Shown here: in pieces, positions 24,649 to 34,202 of the stretch
Position numbering within the stretch: position 1 is the stretch's first letter
Layout of the letters: each line of letters opens with the position of its first letter
DNA from: an uncultured Gammaproteobacteria bacterium
GTDB taxonomy: Bacteria; Patescibacteriota; Patescibacteriia; 2-01-FULL-39-33
NCBI GenBank assembly: GCA_964386875.1
Contig: CAYLUK010000002.1
Span: 1 to 42,719, forward strand
DNA length: 42,719 nucleotides
Direction of reading: 5' to 3'
The notes under the pieces: model-generated
Told to the model about the DNA's origin: nothing
What the model saw: only the letters and a program-made list of their open reading frames with translations
The model's database searches: none
Translations under genes and position numbers: made by a program

Positions 24649-26349
24649 TTAAATCCCCTCCCCCTCCCCACTACTATCTTCAGTCACCATCAGACTAGCA
24701 GATTTAAGTAGTTTCCGTCGCAGTGACGAAATGAAAACTTCCATCTCACCCATTTTAAGCAACGCCGCCACAATCCAATAGCCAGCCAAACCAAAAACTC
24801 CCGCAGCCATGCCCTGGACAAATATGCCGACAAATGTCTGGGTGGCAATCATTAGGTCAATGATCTGCAAAAACGCATAAGTGAACAACCCGGCGCCCAA
24901 AGACGCAAAAAGTATTCTCGTCGTAGAATCTATAATCTTGCGTCCGTCCAGCCGGCCAATCTCTCGCCTTAGCCAAATCATCAATAATACCAAATTAAAT
25001 ATTGACGACAAAGAAATTGCGGCCGGCAAAGCCAAAATCCGTAAATCAGCGACTTGCCATAAATCGCCAATTCGTAGGACCGCCACAGTAAAAAATGAAA
25101 ACCAATTACTAAAACCAAACACCCAACGGAAAAACATTAGGCCGACGACATTGACCACCAGAGAAAACAGACCGATATAAAACGGGGTCTTGCTATTATG
25201 TAAAGCATAAAATCCTCTCACAATGAGTGGCAAAGTGCCTTGAGCAAACAGACTCAAAGTAAAAATCGCCAAACTGGCTGCAGTCAACCGCGTATCAATC
25301 CAATCAAATTGCCCGGCGCCTAAGATTACCCGCACCACTTGCGCTCGCAAGACATAAAGAATAATCGAAATCGGCAAGATGAAAAACAAGGTTTGCCGGA
25401 AAGTGCTGGAAATCGTGTCTACAAATTTATTCATGTTATTTTGGGCGACATAAGCCGACAAAACCGGCAGAGCCGCAATGGCAAACGACACGCCAAAAAT
25501 TCCCAAAGGAAATCCTTGCAAATTATTGGCCAGATTGAAAATTGCCAATGACCCAACCGCGAGAGTAGAGGCAATTATGGTGACGATTAAAATATTGACT
25601 TGATTAATAACCAGCGTCAAAGTTCGTGGAATCATCAGCCGTCCAACTAGTCGAACATTTTTATCATGCCAATTAAAGCCCCACTGATACTTAAAGCCCA
25701 AGGCAAATGCCGAAATCAACTGGACAATCATATGCAATACTGAACCCAAAACCACACCCCAAGCCAAACCATAAATCCCCCAAATATCAATAAAATAAAT
25801 AACTCCAATTATAATACCCAAATTATAAAAAATAGGCGCCAGCGAATAAACAAAAAATCTTTTATATGATTGCAAAATTGAGCCAAAGATTGCTGAAATG
25901 CCCAAAAAGATCGGACTTAAAAACATAATTCGCGTCAAACTGATGACCAATTGCATCTTGTCCAGTGAAAACCCTGGAGTAATCACCTTCATAATCCAAG
26001 GCGCGAAAATGATTATTATCACACTAATAACAATCAAACCGGAAATCAAAATATTTAAAATACCGGAAATTAACAGCCAAGCCTCATCTTTTTTACGCTT
26101 ACTAACAAGTGTTGTAAACACCGGAATTAGTCCGGCGGAAATCGCGCCCAACACCAGTAAATTAAAAACTAAATCTGGCAGGCGAAAAGCGGCATAATAA
26201 GTATCCAAAATATCACCGGCGCCAAACTCTGACGCCAAAATACGATCACGAAAAATCCCAAGTAATCGACTCACCAAAGATAGACCGCCAATTATCATGG
26301 CGGCCGAAGTGATTGATTTGACTGGTGAAGTAATTAATTTCTTAAACAT
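24649..26349 (-). CDS. murJ: Lipid II flippase MurJ (MviN family)
   Basis: The motif SRLLGIFRDRILASEFGAGDILDTYYAAFRLPDLVFNLLVLGAISAGLIPVF is present, with about 14 TM helices. Length is 566 aa. Confidence 0.85.
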   Translation of the reverse strand: MFKKLITSPVKSITSAAMIIGGLSLVSRLLGIFRDRILASEFGAGDILDTYYAAFRLPDLVFNLLVLGAISAGLIPVFTTLVSKRKKDEAWLLISGILNILISGLIVISVIIIIFAPWIMKVITPGFSLDKMQLVISLTRIMFLSPIFLGISAIFGSILQSYKRFFVYSLAPIFYNLGIIIGVIYFIDIWGIYGLAWGVVLGSVLHMIVQLISAFALGFKYQWGFNWHDKNVRLVGRLMIPRTLTLVINQVNILIVTIIASTLAVGSLAIFNLANNLQGFPLGIFGVSFAIAALPVLSAYVAQNNMNKFVDTISSTFRQTLFFILPISIILYVLRAQVVRVILGAGQFDWIDTRLTAASLAIFTLSLFAQGTLPLIVRGFYALHNSKTPFYIGLFSLVVNVVGLMFFRWVFGFSNWFSFFTVAVLRIGDLWQVADLRILALPAAISLSSIFNLVLLMIWLRREIGRLDGRKIIDSTTRILFASLGAGLFTYAFLQIIDLMIATQTFVGIFVQGMAAGVFGLAGYWIVAALLKMGEMEVFISSLRRKLLKSASLMVTEDSSGEGEGI

Positions 26350-26377
26350 ATAGAAATAATTATAAAACTATTTTCAT

Positions 26378-28447
26378 TTATTTCAAAAATCTAATATCAA
26401 CAATCTTACAGCCTTTGCCCTTAGGCATGACCATCACCGGATTAAAATCTATTTCTTTAATCTCCTTAAACTGCAAGGCAAAGTCACCCAGCTTGACCAG
26501 CACTTCAGCCACGGCATCTATATCAGCCGACTTTTGACCCCGAACACCTTTTAATATTTTATAAATCTTAAGCTCGCTGATCATTTCCATGGCTTCACTC
26601 CGACTAATCGGCGCTACTCGAAACGCCACATCATTAAATATCTCGGCATAAATTCCGCCCGCCCCAACCATTACCAGTGGCCCAAACTGCGGATCATGTT
26701 TCATACCGATAATTAATTCTGTCCCCTTGACCATTTCACCAACCAGATAGCCGGAAACCGCGCCGAATTTTTTTTTCATTTTAATAATTTCAGCGCTTAA
26801 CTTCTGATCATTTTTAATATTCAGTTTAACTCCGCCGACATCTGATTTATGGACAATCTTAGCTGACACCACTTTCAAAGCAACCGGATATTTAATTTCA
26901 TTGACACACTTAATCGCTTGTTCTTTATTTTTTACCAGACAAGCCGAGTGTAGTGGAAAGCCAAGCGGTTCCAAAATGTTCCGAGCATCAGTTTCAGTCA
27001 AAGCTGATTTTTTAATAACCTTCTTAACTTTTGTATTGTTGTAATACTTTTTATAATCTTTAGGTTTAGTCATTAGTAACGGCTTATTTTTCCACTGTGA
27101 ATATTCCAACATTTTTCCCAACACCTTCACTGATTGAAGTGGAAAAGCATACTGGGGCAAAGAATACTTTTTGAAAAATGGATAATTCTTCACAATCTTG
27201 TACTCGCCCATAAAACACAACACGATTGTCTTTTTATACTGACGACTCAACTTGCCAATCACTTTGACCGTACCTTTAATGTCAGTCATTTTCTGCGGTG
27301 TCAAAACTACTGCCAGAGAATCAACATGATTATCTTTCAATACCGCTTCAATCGCCAGTCCATAACGATCCGATCCGGCATCACCCAAAACATCAACCGG
27401 ATTGATTGTACTGGCTGCTACTGGCAAAACTTTTTTCAATTTATTAATGGTCGCTGACGAAAGCTCGGCTAATTCTAAGCCGTTTTGTGGTAATAAATCA
27501 GTCAAAATAATCCCCGGACCGCCGGCATTAGTGACGACTGCCACCCGATTGCCTCGAGGCAACGGCTGAAGAGAAAACCCTTCGGCAAAATCAAAAAAAT
27601 CAGCCACGCCCTGGGCTTCAATAATTCCTGACTGGCTAAACGCCGAACTATAAGCTTGGACTGATCCGGCCAAAGATCCGGTATGTGATGACACGGCTCG
27701 CTGACCACTTTCGGTCTTGCCACTTTTCAACACAATAATCGGCTTCTTTTTTGAAATTTTACTGGCAACAGATATAAACTTACTACCATCTCGGATGTCT
27801 TCCAAATAGGCCAAGATCACTTTGGTCTTACTGTCACTGCCAAAATACTCCAATAAATCAATCTCGCCAATATCAAGCTTATTACCCATACTGACAAAAT
27901 AGCCAAAGCCAAATTTCTGGGCTTGGACCATATCTAAAATTGCCGTGCCTAAGGCGCCGGACTGGGAAAAAAAGGCAATATTACCTTGGTTTGGCGTATC
28001 AGCCGAAAATGAAGCATTAATTGGCAGTAAAGTTGAAATATAGCCCAGACAATTGGGTCCGAGCAGTCTAATCCCGTATTTTTTGATCAAACTATTTATC
28101 TTCTGTTCCAATTTCATCCCACCTTCTCCAGTCTCACGAAAACCAGCCGAGATTATGACAATATTATGACACTTTTTCTGACCACACTGGACAACCACTT
28201 GAGGCACAAATTTGGCCGGGATGGCAATCACTGCCAAATCAACTTTGCCAACAACTTTCAATATTGATTTATATGCCTTGAGGCCGGCAATCTCCTTGTC
28301 GTCCAGATTGATTGGATAAATTTTGCCACTAAATGTTTTTTGCAAGTTGACCATAATATCATTGCCAACCTTGCCCGGCTTAGCCGAGGCGCCAATAACC
28401 GCCACTGACTGGGGATGAAAAAATTGATAAAGCTTTTCTTTCTTCAT
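26378..28447 (-). CDS. Acetate--CoA ligase (ADP-forming), fused alpha/beta (CoA-binding plus succinyl-CoA synthetase-like plus ATP-grasp)
   Basis: Motifs are FFHPQSVAVIGAS.KPGKVG, LGPNCLGY and SQSGALG. There is a C-terminal ATP-grasp region, YPVALKVVS..IVHKSDVGGVKL. Length is 689 aa. Confidence 0.8.
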   Translation of the reverse strand: MKKEKLYQFFHPQSVAVIGASAKPGKVGNDIMVNLQKTFSGKIYPINLDDKEIAGLKAYKSILKVVGKVDLAVIAIPAKFVPQVVVQCGQKKCHNIVIISAGFRETGEGGMKLEQKINSLIKKYGIRLLGPNCLGYISTLLPINASFSADTPNQGNIAFFSQSGALGTAILDMVQAQKFGFGYFVSMGNKLDIGEIDLLEYFGSDSKTKVILAYLEDIRDGSKFISVASKISKKKPIIVLKSGKTESGQRAVSSHTGSLAGSVQAYSSAFSQSGIIEAQGVADFFDFAEGFSLQPLPRGNRVAVVTNAGGPGIILTDLLPQNGLELAELSSATINKLKKVLPVAASTINPVDVLGDAGSDRYGLAIEAVLKDNHVDSLAVVLTPQKMTDIKGTVKVIGKLSRQYKKTIVLCFMGEYKIVKNYPFFKKYSLPQYAFPLQSVKVLGKMLEYSQWKNKPLLMTKPKDYKKYYNNTKVKKVIKKSALTETDARNILEPLGFPLHSACLVKNKEQAIKCVNEIKYPVALKVVSAKIVHKSDVGGVKLNIKNDQKLSAEIIKMKKKFGAVSGYLVGEMVKGTELIIGMKHDPQFGPLVMVGAGGIYAEIFNDVAFRVAPISRSEAMEMISELKIYKILKGVRGQKSADIDAVAEVLVKLGDFALQFKEIKEIDFNPVMVMPKGKGCKIVDIRFLK

Positions 28448-28581
28448 AAATAAATATAATAAATCGCTAATTAACTGATATAAATTTTATCATATTTTGA
28501 AAAAAAAGTAGAGGCATAGCCACCTTCGCCAAGTCTAGACGGGCGCACCATGTCTCTATAAACATATGTTAAAATTTTGAC

Positions 28582-28627
28582 AAAAAGAAAGTCCCGCAGA
28601 GCTCGTCCGATGACAAGATGCGGGACT
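28582..28627 (-). terminator. Intrinsic terminator of the LVIVD-repeat gene
   Basis: The stem pairs AGTCCCGCA (28590-28598) with TGCGGGACT (28619-28627). It is followed on the minus strand by TTTCTTTTT. Confidence 0.6.
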
Positions 28628-28645
28628 CTTTAAAACGCGGTGGAG

Positions 28646-29629
28646 TTACTCTTTGCGGCGCTGAATCTTCAAGACGCTCACGCCTTGGTTTCCAGCGAAT
28701 AAGAGAATATTTCCCTCAACAGCTACCCCCCTTCCTCCGTCAGCCGAAAACTGACAGACCGGATTCGGATTGCTCGGGTCTGAAAGGTCAAGACCCTTAA
28801 CGCCCGGGTCCTGGTCGCTATAATCAACGATAAACAGCAACCCATTAGAAAGGACAGTGGACCAGACACTGCCGTCTTCCCAGTTTCCGACCAAATACGG
28901 CATAGCCGGATCGGAAATATTCACGACATCAAGACCGGTGCCCAGATTGCCCAACAAGGCAAACTGGCCCTTGATCTCAACGCGGAAAGCATATCCCCAG
29001 TGGCCGCCGTCATAAACGCCCACAAGCTCCGGCGCGGCTGGGTTGGAAATATCAACCACCTCCATGCCATGATACCCGCAGGCCAAATACGCGTAATGAC
29101 CCCTGACTTTGACATCCAACACCCAATCAGACGACTCGGTGTATGGATCGTACTGGCCCACGAACCTTGGATCCGCCGGATCGGAGACGTCGACAATGAC
29201 CAGCCCACTGGCATAATCCGCGAGATAAAGATACTTCCCGCGAACCTCCAATTGGCTGGAATTGGAATTCTGGTCGTACCAGCCCAGCACCGACATTTGT
29301 TTGGGATGACTGATATCCACGATGGCGAATCCCGACACCCGAACCCCGTTGATATAACCCACAGTTTCCACATAGGCCAGAGGACCACGAATGACGATGT
29401 CGTCCGCGTTCCAGAGATCCAAGTGGCAGAGCTGTTTGGGGACACGCGGGTTCCGAATATCCCAAGAATCCATGCCGTAGGGACCTCCGGAAAATGCCAC
29501 TTTGCCTTTGATGGCCACACATCCTGTGTAGGCCGGGTCGGCCGAAAACCTCCCAATTTCCGTGAGCGCAATCTTGTCCTCCGCTTGCGCCATCATCATC
29601 ATCATCGCCGTCACAAGAAGCTTCTTCAT
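28646..29629 (-). CDS. LVIVD-repeat beta-propeller protein, secreted
   Basis: Repeated motifs are FAIVDISHP, GLVIVDVSDPADP, MEVVDISNPAAP, LDVVNISDPAMP and GLDLSDPSNP. The N-terminal signal-like sequence is MKKLLVTAMMMMMAQA. G+C content is markedly higher than in the surrounding DNA. Confidence 0.8.
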   Translation of the reverse strand: MKKLLVTAMMMMMAQAEDKIALTEIGRFSADPAYTGCVAIKGKVAFSGGPYGMDSWDIRNPRVPKQLCHLDLWNADDIVIRGPLAYVETVGYINGVRVSGFAIVDISHPKQMSVLGWYDQNSNSSQLEVRGKYLYLADYASGLVIVDVSDPADPRFVGQYDPYTESSDWVLDVKVRGHYAYLACGYHGMEVVDISNPAAPELVGVYDGGHWGYAFRVEIKGQFALLGNLGTGLDVVNISDPAMPYLVGNWEDGSVWSTVLSNGLLFIVDYSDQDPGVKGLDLSDPSNPNPVCQFSADGGRGVAVEGNILLFAGNQGVSVLKIQRRKE

Positions 29630-29742
29630 TGCATGTCTCCTATTCGAGGCCGCTCTATAGCCGCCCCCTGTTCTAACGTCGGCTGACCATCAACCGACGA
29701 TGTGTCGCTTTTATCCCAAAAACTCAAAAACCACGACATATA

Positions 29743-29771
29743 ATTATATCATAAATAATAAATTTTGTCAA
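29743..29771 (-). promoter_or_regulatory. Consensus promoter (TTGACA-17-TATAAT) upstream of the LVIVD gene
   Basis: On the minus strand it reads TTGACA (29771-29766), a 17-nt spacer, then TATAAT (29748-29743). AGGAG lies 7 nt before the ATG at 29629. Confidence 0.65.
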
Positions 29772-29869
29772 TACCAAATAATTAAGCTTTGGAATAGAAT
29801 TTAAGATGGTATTTTAGATGTAATAAATAAAAAATAATGCCTAAAATTAAATAAATTTACAATTTTCTT

Positions 29870-29915
29870 GTCATTGTAATTTCACTCCGCTATAGGCGAG
29901 TGGACGAAGCAATCT
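29870..29915. repeat. Possible degenerate remnant of the palindromic element family
   Basis: GTCATTG...GCGAGTGGACGAAGCAATCTC resembles the GTCATTGCGAGTGG...GGCAATCCCG start of copy 3. No second terminus is present. Confidence 0.3.
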
Positions 29916-29985
29916 CTGGTTATTGGTAATAAATCTTAATTTATAATGTTTGAAAAATTAACAACTGCCACCTCTCTCTTAAAGC

Positions 29986-30014
29986 CAAAAAGAGACGCGA
30001 TAAATCGCGTCTCT
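29986..30014 (-). terminator. Intrinsic terminator of ppdK
   Basis: The stem pairs AGAGACGCGA (29991-30000) with TCGCGTCTCT (30005-30014) around a TAAA loop. A T-run follows on the minus strand. Confidence 0.7.
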
Positions 30015-30043
30015 AAATGCTTATATTACGTGCTATATGTTTT

Positions 30044-32698
30044 TTATTTGTTACGTGTTTTTATCACCGCCTGCGCCGCCGCCAATCTCGCAATCGGCAC
30101 TCGAAACGGCGAACAAGATACATAATTAAATCCTTCACGGTGGCAAAATTCTACTGATTCCGGATCGCCACCATGTTCGCCACAAATACCAATCTTTAAA
30201 TCACTCTTGACTCCCCTACCTTTACTAATGGCAATTCTAATCAACTCGCCAATACCAGACTGGTCAAGCGATTGGAATGGGTCTCGGTCATATATGCCTT
30301 GACTCACATATTCCTTAAGAAACCGACCAGCATCGTCACGACTAAAGCCGGCGCCCATTTGAGTCAAATCATTAGTGCCAAAAGAGAAAAAATCAGCTTC
30401 CTTGGCAATTTCATCAGCGGTGACTGCAGCTCGCGGCACTTCAATCATGGTACCAACTTTATATGACAATTCAATTCCAGCTTCCTTTATTTTTTGATCG
30501 ACAATATCTATTACTCGCTGTTTAATAATTGACAATTCTTTAACATGACCAACCAGCGGAATCATGATTTCCGGCATCACTTTGCTGGCGCGACCACACT
30601 TGGGACATTCACGAGCCACTTCAATCGCTGCTTCAATAATCGCTGTCACCTGCATATCATAAATTTCCGGATAAGTAATGGCTAATCGACAGCCACGATG
30701 CCCAAGCATTGGATTGAATTCATGAAGATCAGAGATTTTGGCTTTAAGTGTGCCAACATCAATTTCCATTTCCCGTGCTAGATCAAAAATATCTTTTTCC
30801 TCTTGAGGCAAGAATTCATGAAGTGGCGGGTCAAGCAACCGAACGGTGACAGGAAATCCATCCATAGCATGAAAAATACCAATAAAATCTTCTTTTTGAT
30901 ATGGCAACAGCTTATCTAAGGCTTTTTTCCGGCCAGCTTCATCACTGGACAAAATCATCTCTCGGACCGCCTTAATTCGGTCACCCTCAAAGAACATGTG
31001 CTCGGTCCGACAAAGACCAATACCTTCAGCGCCAAATTTTCTTGCCACAGTGGCATCGTACGGCGTATCAGCATTGGTCCTGACACCAAGTGATCTTATC
31101 GCATCAGCCCAGTTCATCACCACATTAAAATTACCACTCATTTCCGGATCTCTGGTCGTCACTTTGCCTAAATAGACTTTACCGTCAGTGCCATCAAGAG
31201 TGATAAAATCACCTTCCTTAACCACAATGTCACTGCCCTTAATTGTAAATTGTTTTTCTTTTTCACTTATTTCCACATCACTACAGCCGGCCACACAACA
31301 AGTGCCCATACCTCGAGCCACTACCGCCGCATGCGAAGTCATTCCGCCTCTGGCCGTCAAAATGCCTTTGGCGCTATGCATACCATCAATATCCTCTGGC
31401 GAAGTCTCAACTCTGACTAAGATAACATCCATACCTTCTTGCGCTTGGTCAAATGCTTCTTGGGCGGTAAAAACCACCTTGCCGACTGCTGCTCCTGGTG
31501 AAGCCGGCAGGCCTTGAGCGACCACCTCGGACGCTTCCTTGGCCATTGGGTCAATCTGTTTGTGAAGTAATTGATCAAGCTGATTGGGATCAATTTTGAG
31601 CAATGCTTCCTCTTTCGACAATTTGCCTTCACTCACCAAATCAACTGCAATATTTACGGCTGCTGTAGTTGTCCGTTTGCCATTTCTAGTTTGTAAAATA
31701 TATAATTTTCCATTTTCAATCGTAAATTCCATATCCTGCATATCTCGATAATGATCTTCTACTTTTTGGCAGGTATCAACAAGTTCTTGATAGATTTCCG
31801 GCATCTGTTCTCCCAGCTCTGATATCGGCTTTGGCGTCCGAATTCCAGCTACGACATCTTCACCTTGGGCGTTCATTAAATATTCGCCATAAAACTTATT
31901 TTCACCATTGCTTGGGTTGCGAGTAAAACAAACCCCCGTACCACTATTTTCGCCCAAATTACCAAACACCATCGCCTGCACATTAACTGCGGTACCAATC
32001 AGTCCCTTAATGTTATTGATTTCCCGATACCGAATCGCCCGATTGTTTTGCCAAGAGTTAAATACAGCGTCAATTGCCAACTGTAATTGCTCTCTTGGGT
32101 CTTGTGGAAAATCAACCCCCTTGACTTCTTTGATCTTCTCTCGATATTGTCTGACTACTTCTTTGAGATTATCCGCTGATAAATCCATATCATATTGAAC
32201 GCCATTAGTATCTTTAATATTTTCCAAAATCTGCTCAAATTCGTGGTGCGCCACGCCTAAGACCACATCACCAAACATTTGGATCAACCGACGATATGAA
32301 TCCCAAGCAAATTTTTCATTGCCGGTCTTTTTGACTAAACCCTCAACTACTTGGTCATTGATGCCCAAATTAAGAATCGTGTCCATCATACCAGGCATAG
32401 ATGCGGCCGCGCCACTTCTGACCGATACCAACAGTGGATCTTCGCTATCACCCAATTTCTTGCCCATTTTTTCTTCCAGTTGGGATAGCTTTTCACTGAT
32501 TTGATCTTTGACTTCTTGAGGATGCTGTTTATTGTTCTGGTAATAAACATCACAAACTTCAGTTGAAATAGTAAAACCTGGTGGCACTTTAATGCCCAGA
32601 CTACTCATCTCGGCCAAATTCGCTCCTTTGCCACCCAAGATCTCTTTGAGATCCTTATTCCCCTCTTCAAATGCAAAAACGTATTTTTTTTCTGACAT
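30044..32698 (-). CDS. ppdK: Pyruvate, phosphate dikinase
   Basis: Motifs are LGGKGANLAEM and GGMTSHAAVVARGMG (phosphohistidine loop). The PEP-utilizer TIM domain shows GLCRTEHMF, FSFGTNDLTQ and ICGEHGGDP. Length is 884 aa. Confidence 0.9.
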   Translation of the reverse strand: MSEKKYVFAFEEGNKDLKEILGGKGANLAEMSSLGIKVPPGFTISTEVCDVYYQNNKQHPQEVKDQISEKLSQLEEKMGKKLGDSEDPLLVSVRSGAAASMPGMMDTILNLGINDQVVEGLVKKTGNEKFAWDSYRRLIQMFGDVVLGVAHHEFEQILENIKDTNGVQYDMDLSADNLKEVVRQYREKIKEVKGVDFPQDPREQLQLAIDAVFNSWQNNRAIRYREINNIKGLIGTAVNVQAMVFGNLGENSGTGVCFTRNPSNGENKFYGEYLMNAQGEDVVAGIRTPKPISELGEQMPEIYQELVDTCQKVEDHYRDMQDMEFTIENGKLYILQTRNGKRTTTAAVNIAVDLVSEGKLSKEEALLKIDPNQLDQLLHKQIDPMAKEASEVVAQGLPASPGAAVGKVVFTAQEAFDQAQEGMDVILVRVETSPEDIDGMHSAKGILTARGGMTSHAAVVARGMGTCCVAGCSDVEISEKEKQFTIKGSDIVVKEGDFITLDGTDGKVYLGKVTTRDPEMSGNFNVVMNWADAIRSLGVRTNADTPYDATVARKFGAEGIGLCRTEHMFFEGDRIKAVREMILSSDEAGRKKALDKLLPYQKEDFIGIFHAMDGFPVTVRLLDPPLHEFLPQEEKDIFDLAREMEIDVGTLKAKISDLHEFNPMLGHRGCRLAITYPEIYDMQVTAIIEAAIEVARECPKCGRASKVMPEIMIPLVGHVKELSIIKQRVIDIVDQKIKEAGIELSYKVGTMIEVPRAAVTADEIAKEADFFSFGTNDLTQMGAGFSRDDAGRFLKEYVSQGIYDRDPFQSLDQSGIGELIRIAISKGRGVKSDLKIGICGEHGGDPESVEFCHREGFNYVSCSPFRVPIARLAAAQAVIKTRNK

Positions 32699-32721
32699 CT
32701 CTTTTTAAAATATTTATTAAT

Positions 32722-32747
32722 AAAAAAATAGGTCAATTCTGGCCTAT
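32722..32747 (-). terminator. Weak intrinsic terminator after the PfkB kinase gene
   Basis: A 5-bp stem pairs ATAGG with CCTAT. It is followed on the minus strand by T7. Confidence 0.4.
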
Positions 32748-32775
32748 AAGAAACAAGCAACTAAAGCCGTGGTAA

Positions 32776-33786
32776 TTATTTAAGTTGTCGAAGACTTAAT
32801 AGGCCGTTTTGGGCTCCCACCTTACCAACCACCGAGGCTGAATTGGTTATCCCCCATTTCAGAGCTAACTTAATATTTTTATCATAAATAATTGCACTTG
32901 TAAAGGCAGAGGCAAAAGCGTCACCGACGCCAACAGTATCAACACTACTAGTTGTCAAAACTTTCATATAATAATACTTCTGACCGTCATAGACATAAGC
33001 TCCTTTTTCGCCATCAGTGATAACCACAATCTTTGGCCCCAAGGAATGAATGTATTTGATTAGTCCCTTAATATTTTTTAATTTTCTAAACTCTAGGGCC
33101 TCGTCCTTGTTTAATATCAATAAATTTATCTTAGGTAGATATATCTTAACTTTATTGATAGTTGCAAGTTGACTACCACCTGGATTCCAAGCAATCTTAG
33201 CTTTTTGTCTGATGACTGCTCTTATTATATTTTCCCAACCACGTTCAGGTAGTGACGGAATATAATACCAATCAGTCATAATCTTTGACAAAGATAAATC
33301 ATTATCAATCAGTAAGTTATTGGCGCCACGATAAGCAAATAATACATGCTCTTTGGCGATGCTATTGACGGTCAAAATCATTGAAAATCCAGTCTTCGCT
33401 TTTTTGTCAATTTTTATTAAACTAGTGTCAACTTTTCTAGCTCGAAAATTTTTAATTACTTCCTTACCATTGTCATCATTACCGAGTTTGCAGATTACCC
33501 CAGTTTTAAGACCTAGTCGGGAAAAAGACACGGCTGTATTGGCTGCACCGCCACCATATGAGAAATACAGCTTATCAGCCAATATTTTGGCGCCATATTC
33601 AAAAGCCAAAAGTTTTTGCTTGGTCAAATTACCGGTTGAAACCAGCTCACCTTCACCAGAATAAAACATAATATCACGAGTGGCTCCGCCGATTGTCACC
33701 ACATCAAATTTTTTTACCCTGTTTAATCTTGCCGTTGGCAAGACCGCTTTGCGGTATTTAACAAGGTTTATTCTTTTGCTCTTCAT
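32776..33786 (-). CDS. PfkB-family carbohydrate/nucleoside kinase (ribokinase-like)
   Basis: Motifs are FDVVTIGGATRDIMF, SYGGGAANTAV and the C-terminal DTVGVGDAFASAF. I prefer the start at MKSKRINLV (33786). The track start at 33861 overlaps a divergent promoter. Confidence 0.75.
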   Translation of the reverse strand: MKSKRINLVKYRKAVLPTARLNRVKKFDVVTIGGATRDIMFYSGEGELVSTGNLTKQKLLAFEYGAKILADKLYFSYGGGAANTAVSFSRLGLKTGVICKLGNDDNGKEVIKNFRARKVDTSLIKIDKKAKTGFSMILTVNSIAKEHVLFAYRGANNLLIDNDLSLSKIMTDWYYIPSLPERGWENIIRAVIRQKAKIAWNPGGSQLATINKVKIYLPKINLLILNKDEALEFRKLKNIKGLIKYIHSLGPKIVVITDGEKGAYVYDGQKYYYMKVLTTSSVDTVGVGDAFASAFTSAIIYDKNIKLALKWGITNSASVVGKVGAQNGLLSLRQLK

Positions 33787-33854
33787 ATTAATTATTATAG
33801 CATAAACTAAAAAAAATAAGAAATTAAAAAATTGAGAAACCATCATACAAACAT

Positions 33855-33883
33855 TTGACAAACGCCATAATTTAAGCTATTTT
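33855..33883 (+). promoter_or_regulatory. Candidate promoter for the two small plus-strand ORFs
   Basis: It reads TTGACA (33855-33860), a 17-nt spacer, then TATTTT (33878-33883). Confidence 0.4.
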
Positions 33884-33923
33884 AACATTATCATCGCACA
33901 TTCAACCATTAGGAGGCATCGCT

Positions 33924-34076
33924 ATGGTCTGGCTAATTCTGATAATTTTGGCGACCATAATTACTGTTTGGATTGGAATTTATTCAGTTGCTTTGATTAT
34001 TGGCAAAACCAATCAAGCCTGGGTGACCCTTAGTGAGTCGGAAATCAGCAAACAAGTCGAGAGCAAGCAATGTTGA
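33924..34076 (+). CDS. Small membrane protein (50 aa), hypothetical
   Basis: AGGAGG lies 7 nt upstream of the ATG. Translation is MVWLILIILATIITVWIGIYSVALIIGKTNQAWVTLSESEISKQVESKQC. Confidence 0.45.
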   Translation: MVWLILIILATIITVWIGIYSVALIIGKTNQAWVTLSESEISKQVESKQC

Positions 34077-34144
34077 CCGCGATTTATATCTTGATAGCTA
34101 TTGTGATTTGGCTATTTTGGCATACAAACTATCCCAAAAGGTAA
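34070..34144 (+). CDS. Small membrane peptide (24 aa), hypothetical, overlapping the previous ORF
   Basis: The ATG at 34070 overlaps the stop of the preceding ORF (ATGTTGA). Translation is MLTAIYILIAIVIWLFWHTNYPKR. Confidence 0.3.
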   Translation: MLTAIYILIAIVIWLFWHTNYPKR

Positions 34145-34165
34145 AATAATGACAAGTTATATTGC

Positions 34166-34202
34166 GTAAAAAACCACTTCAGCGCGAAGTGGTTTTCTTT
34201 TT
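34166..34202. terminator. Bidirectional intrinsic terminator
   Basis: The stem pairs AACCACTTC (34172-34180) with GAAGTGGTT (34186-34194). It has an A-run on the left and a T-run on the right. It serves the small plus-strand ORFs and the minus-strand truB-tsaC ORF. Confidence 0.7.

Noticed and set aside
28509-28560. A moderately G+C-rich hairpin (TAGAGGCAT...ATGTCTCTA with an internal GTCTAGAC palindrome) lies next to a T-run between the LVIVD gene and the acetyl-CoA synthetase gene. It could be another small RNA.
   Set aside because: Only a weak promoter-like sequence (TTGTCA-17-TATAGA) precedes it and the unit would be about 50 nt. It may simply be a second terminator or the edge of the acquired island. 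The evidence is too thin to call.
28921-29686. Three long ORFs (216 aa minus, 228 aa plus, 131 aa minus) overlap the LVIVD gene.
   Set aside because: They lie inside a G+C-rich gene, where stop codons are rare in all frames. Their translations are Arg/Pro/Gly/Trp-rich low-information sequences without motifs. The LVIVD frame has clear repeats, a ribosome-binding site, a promoter and a terminator.
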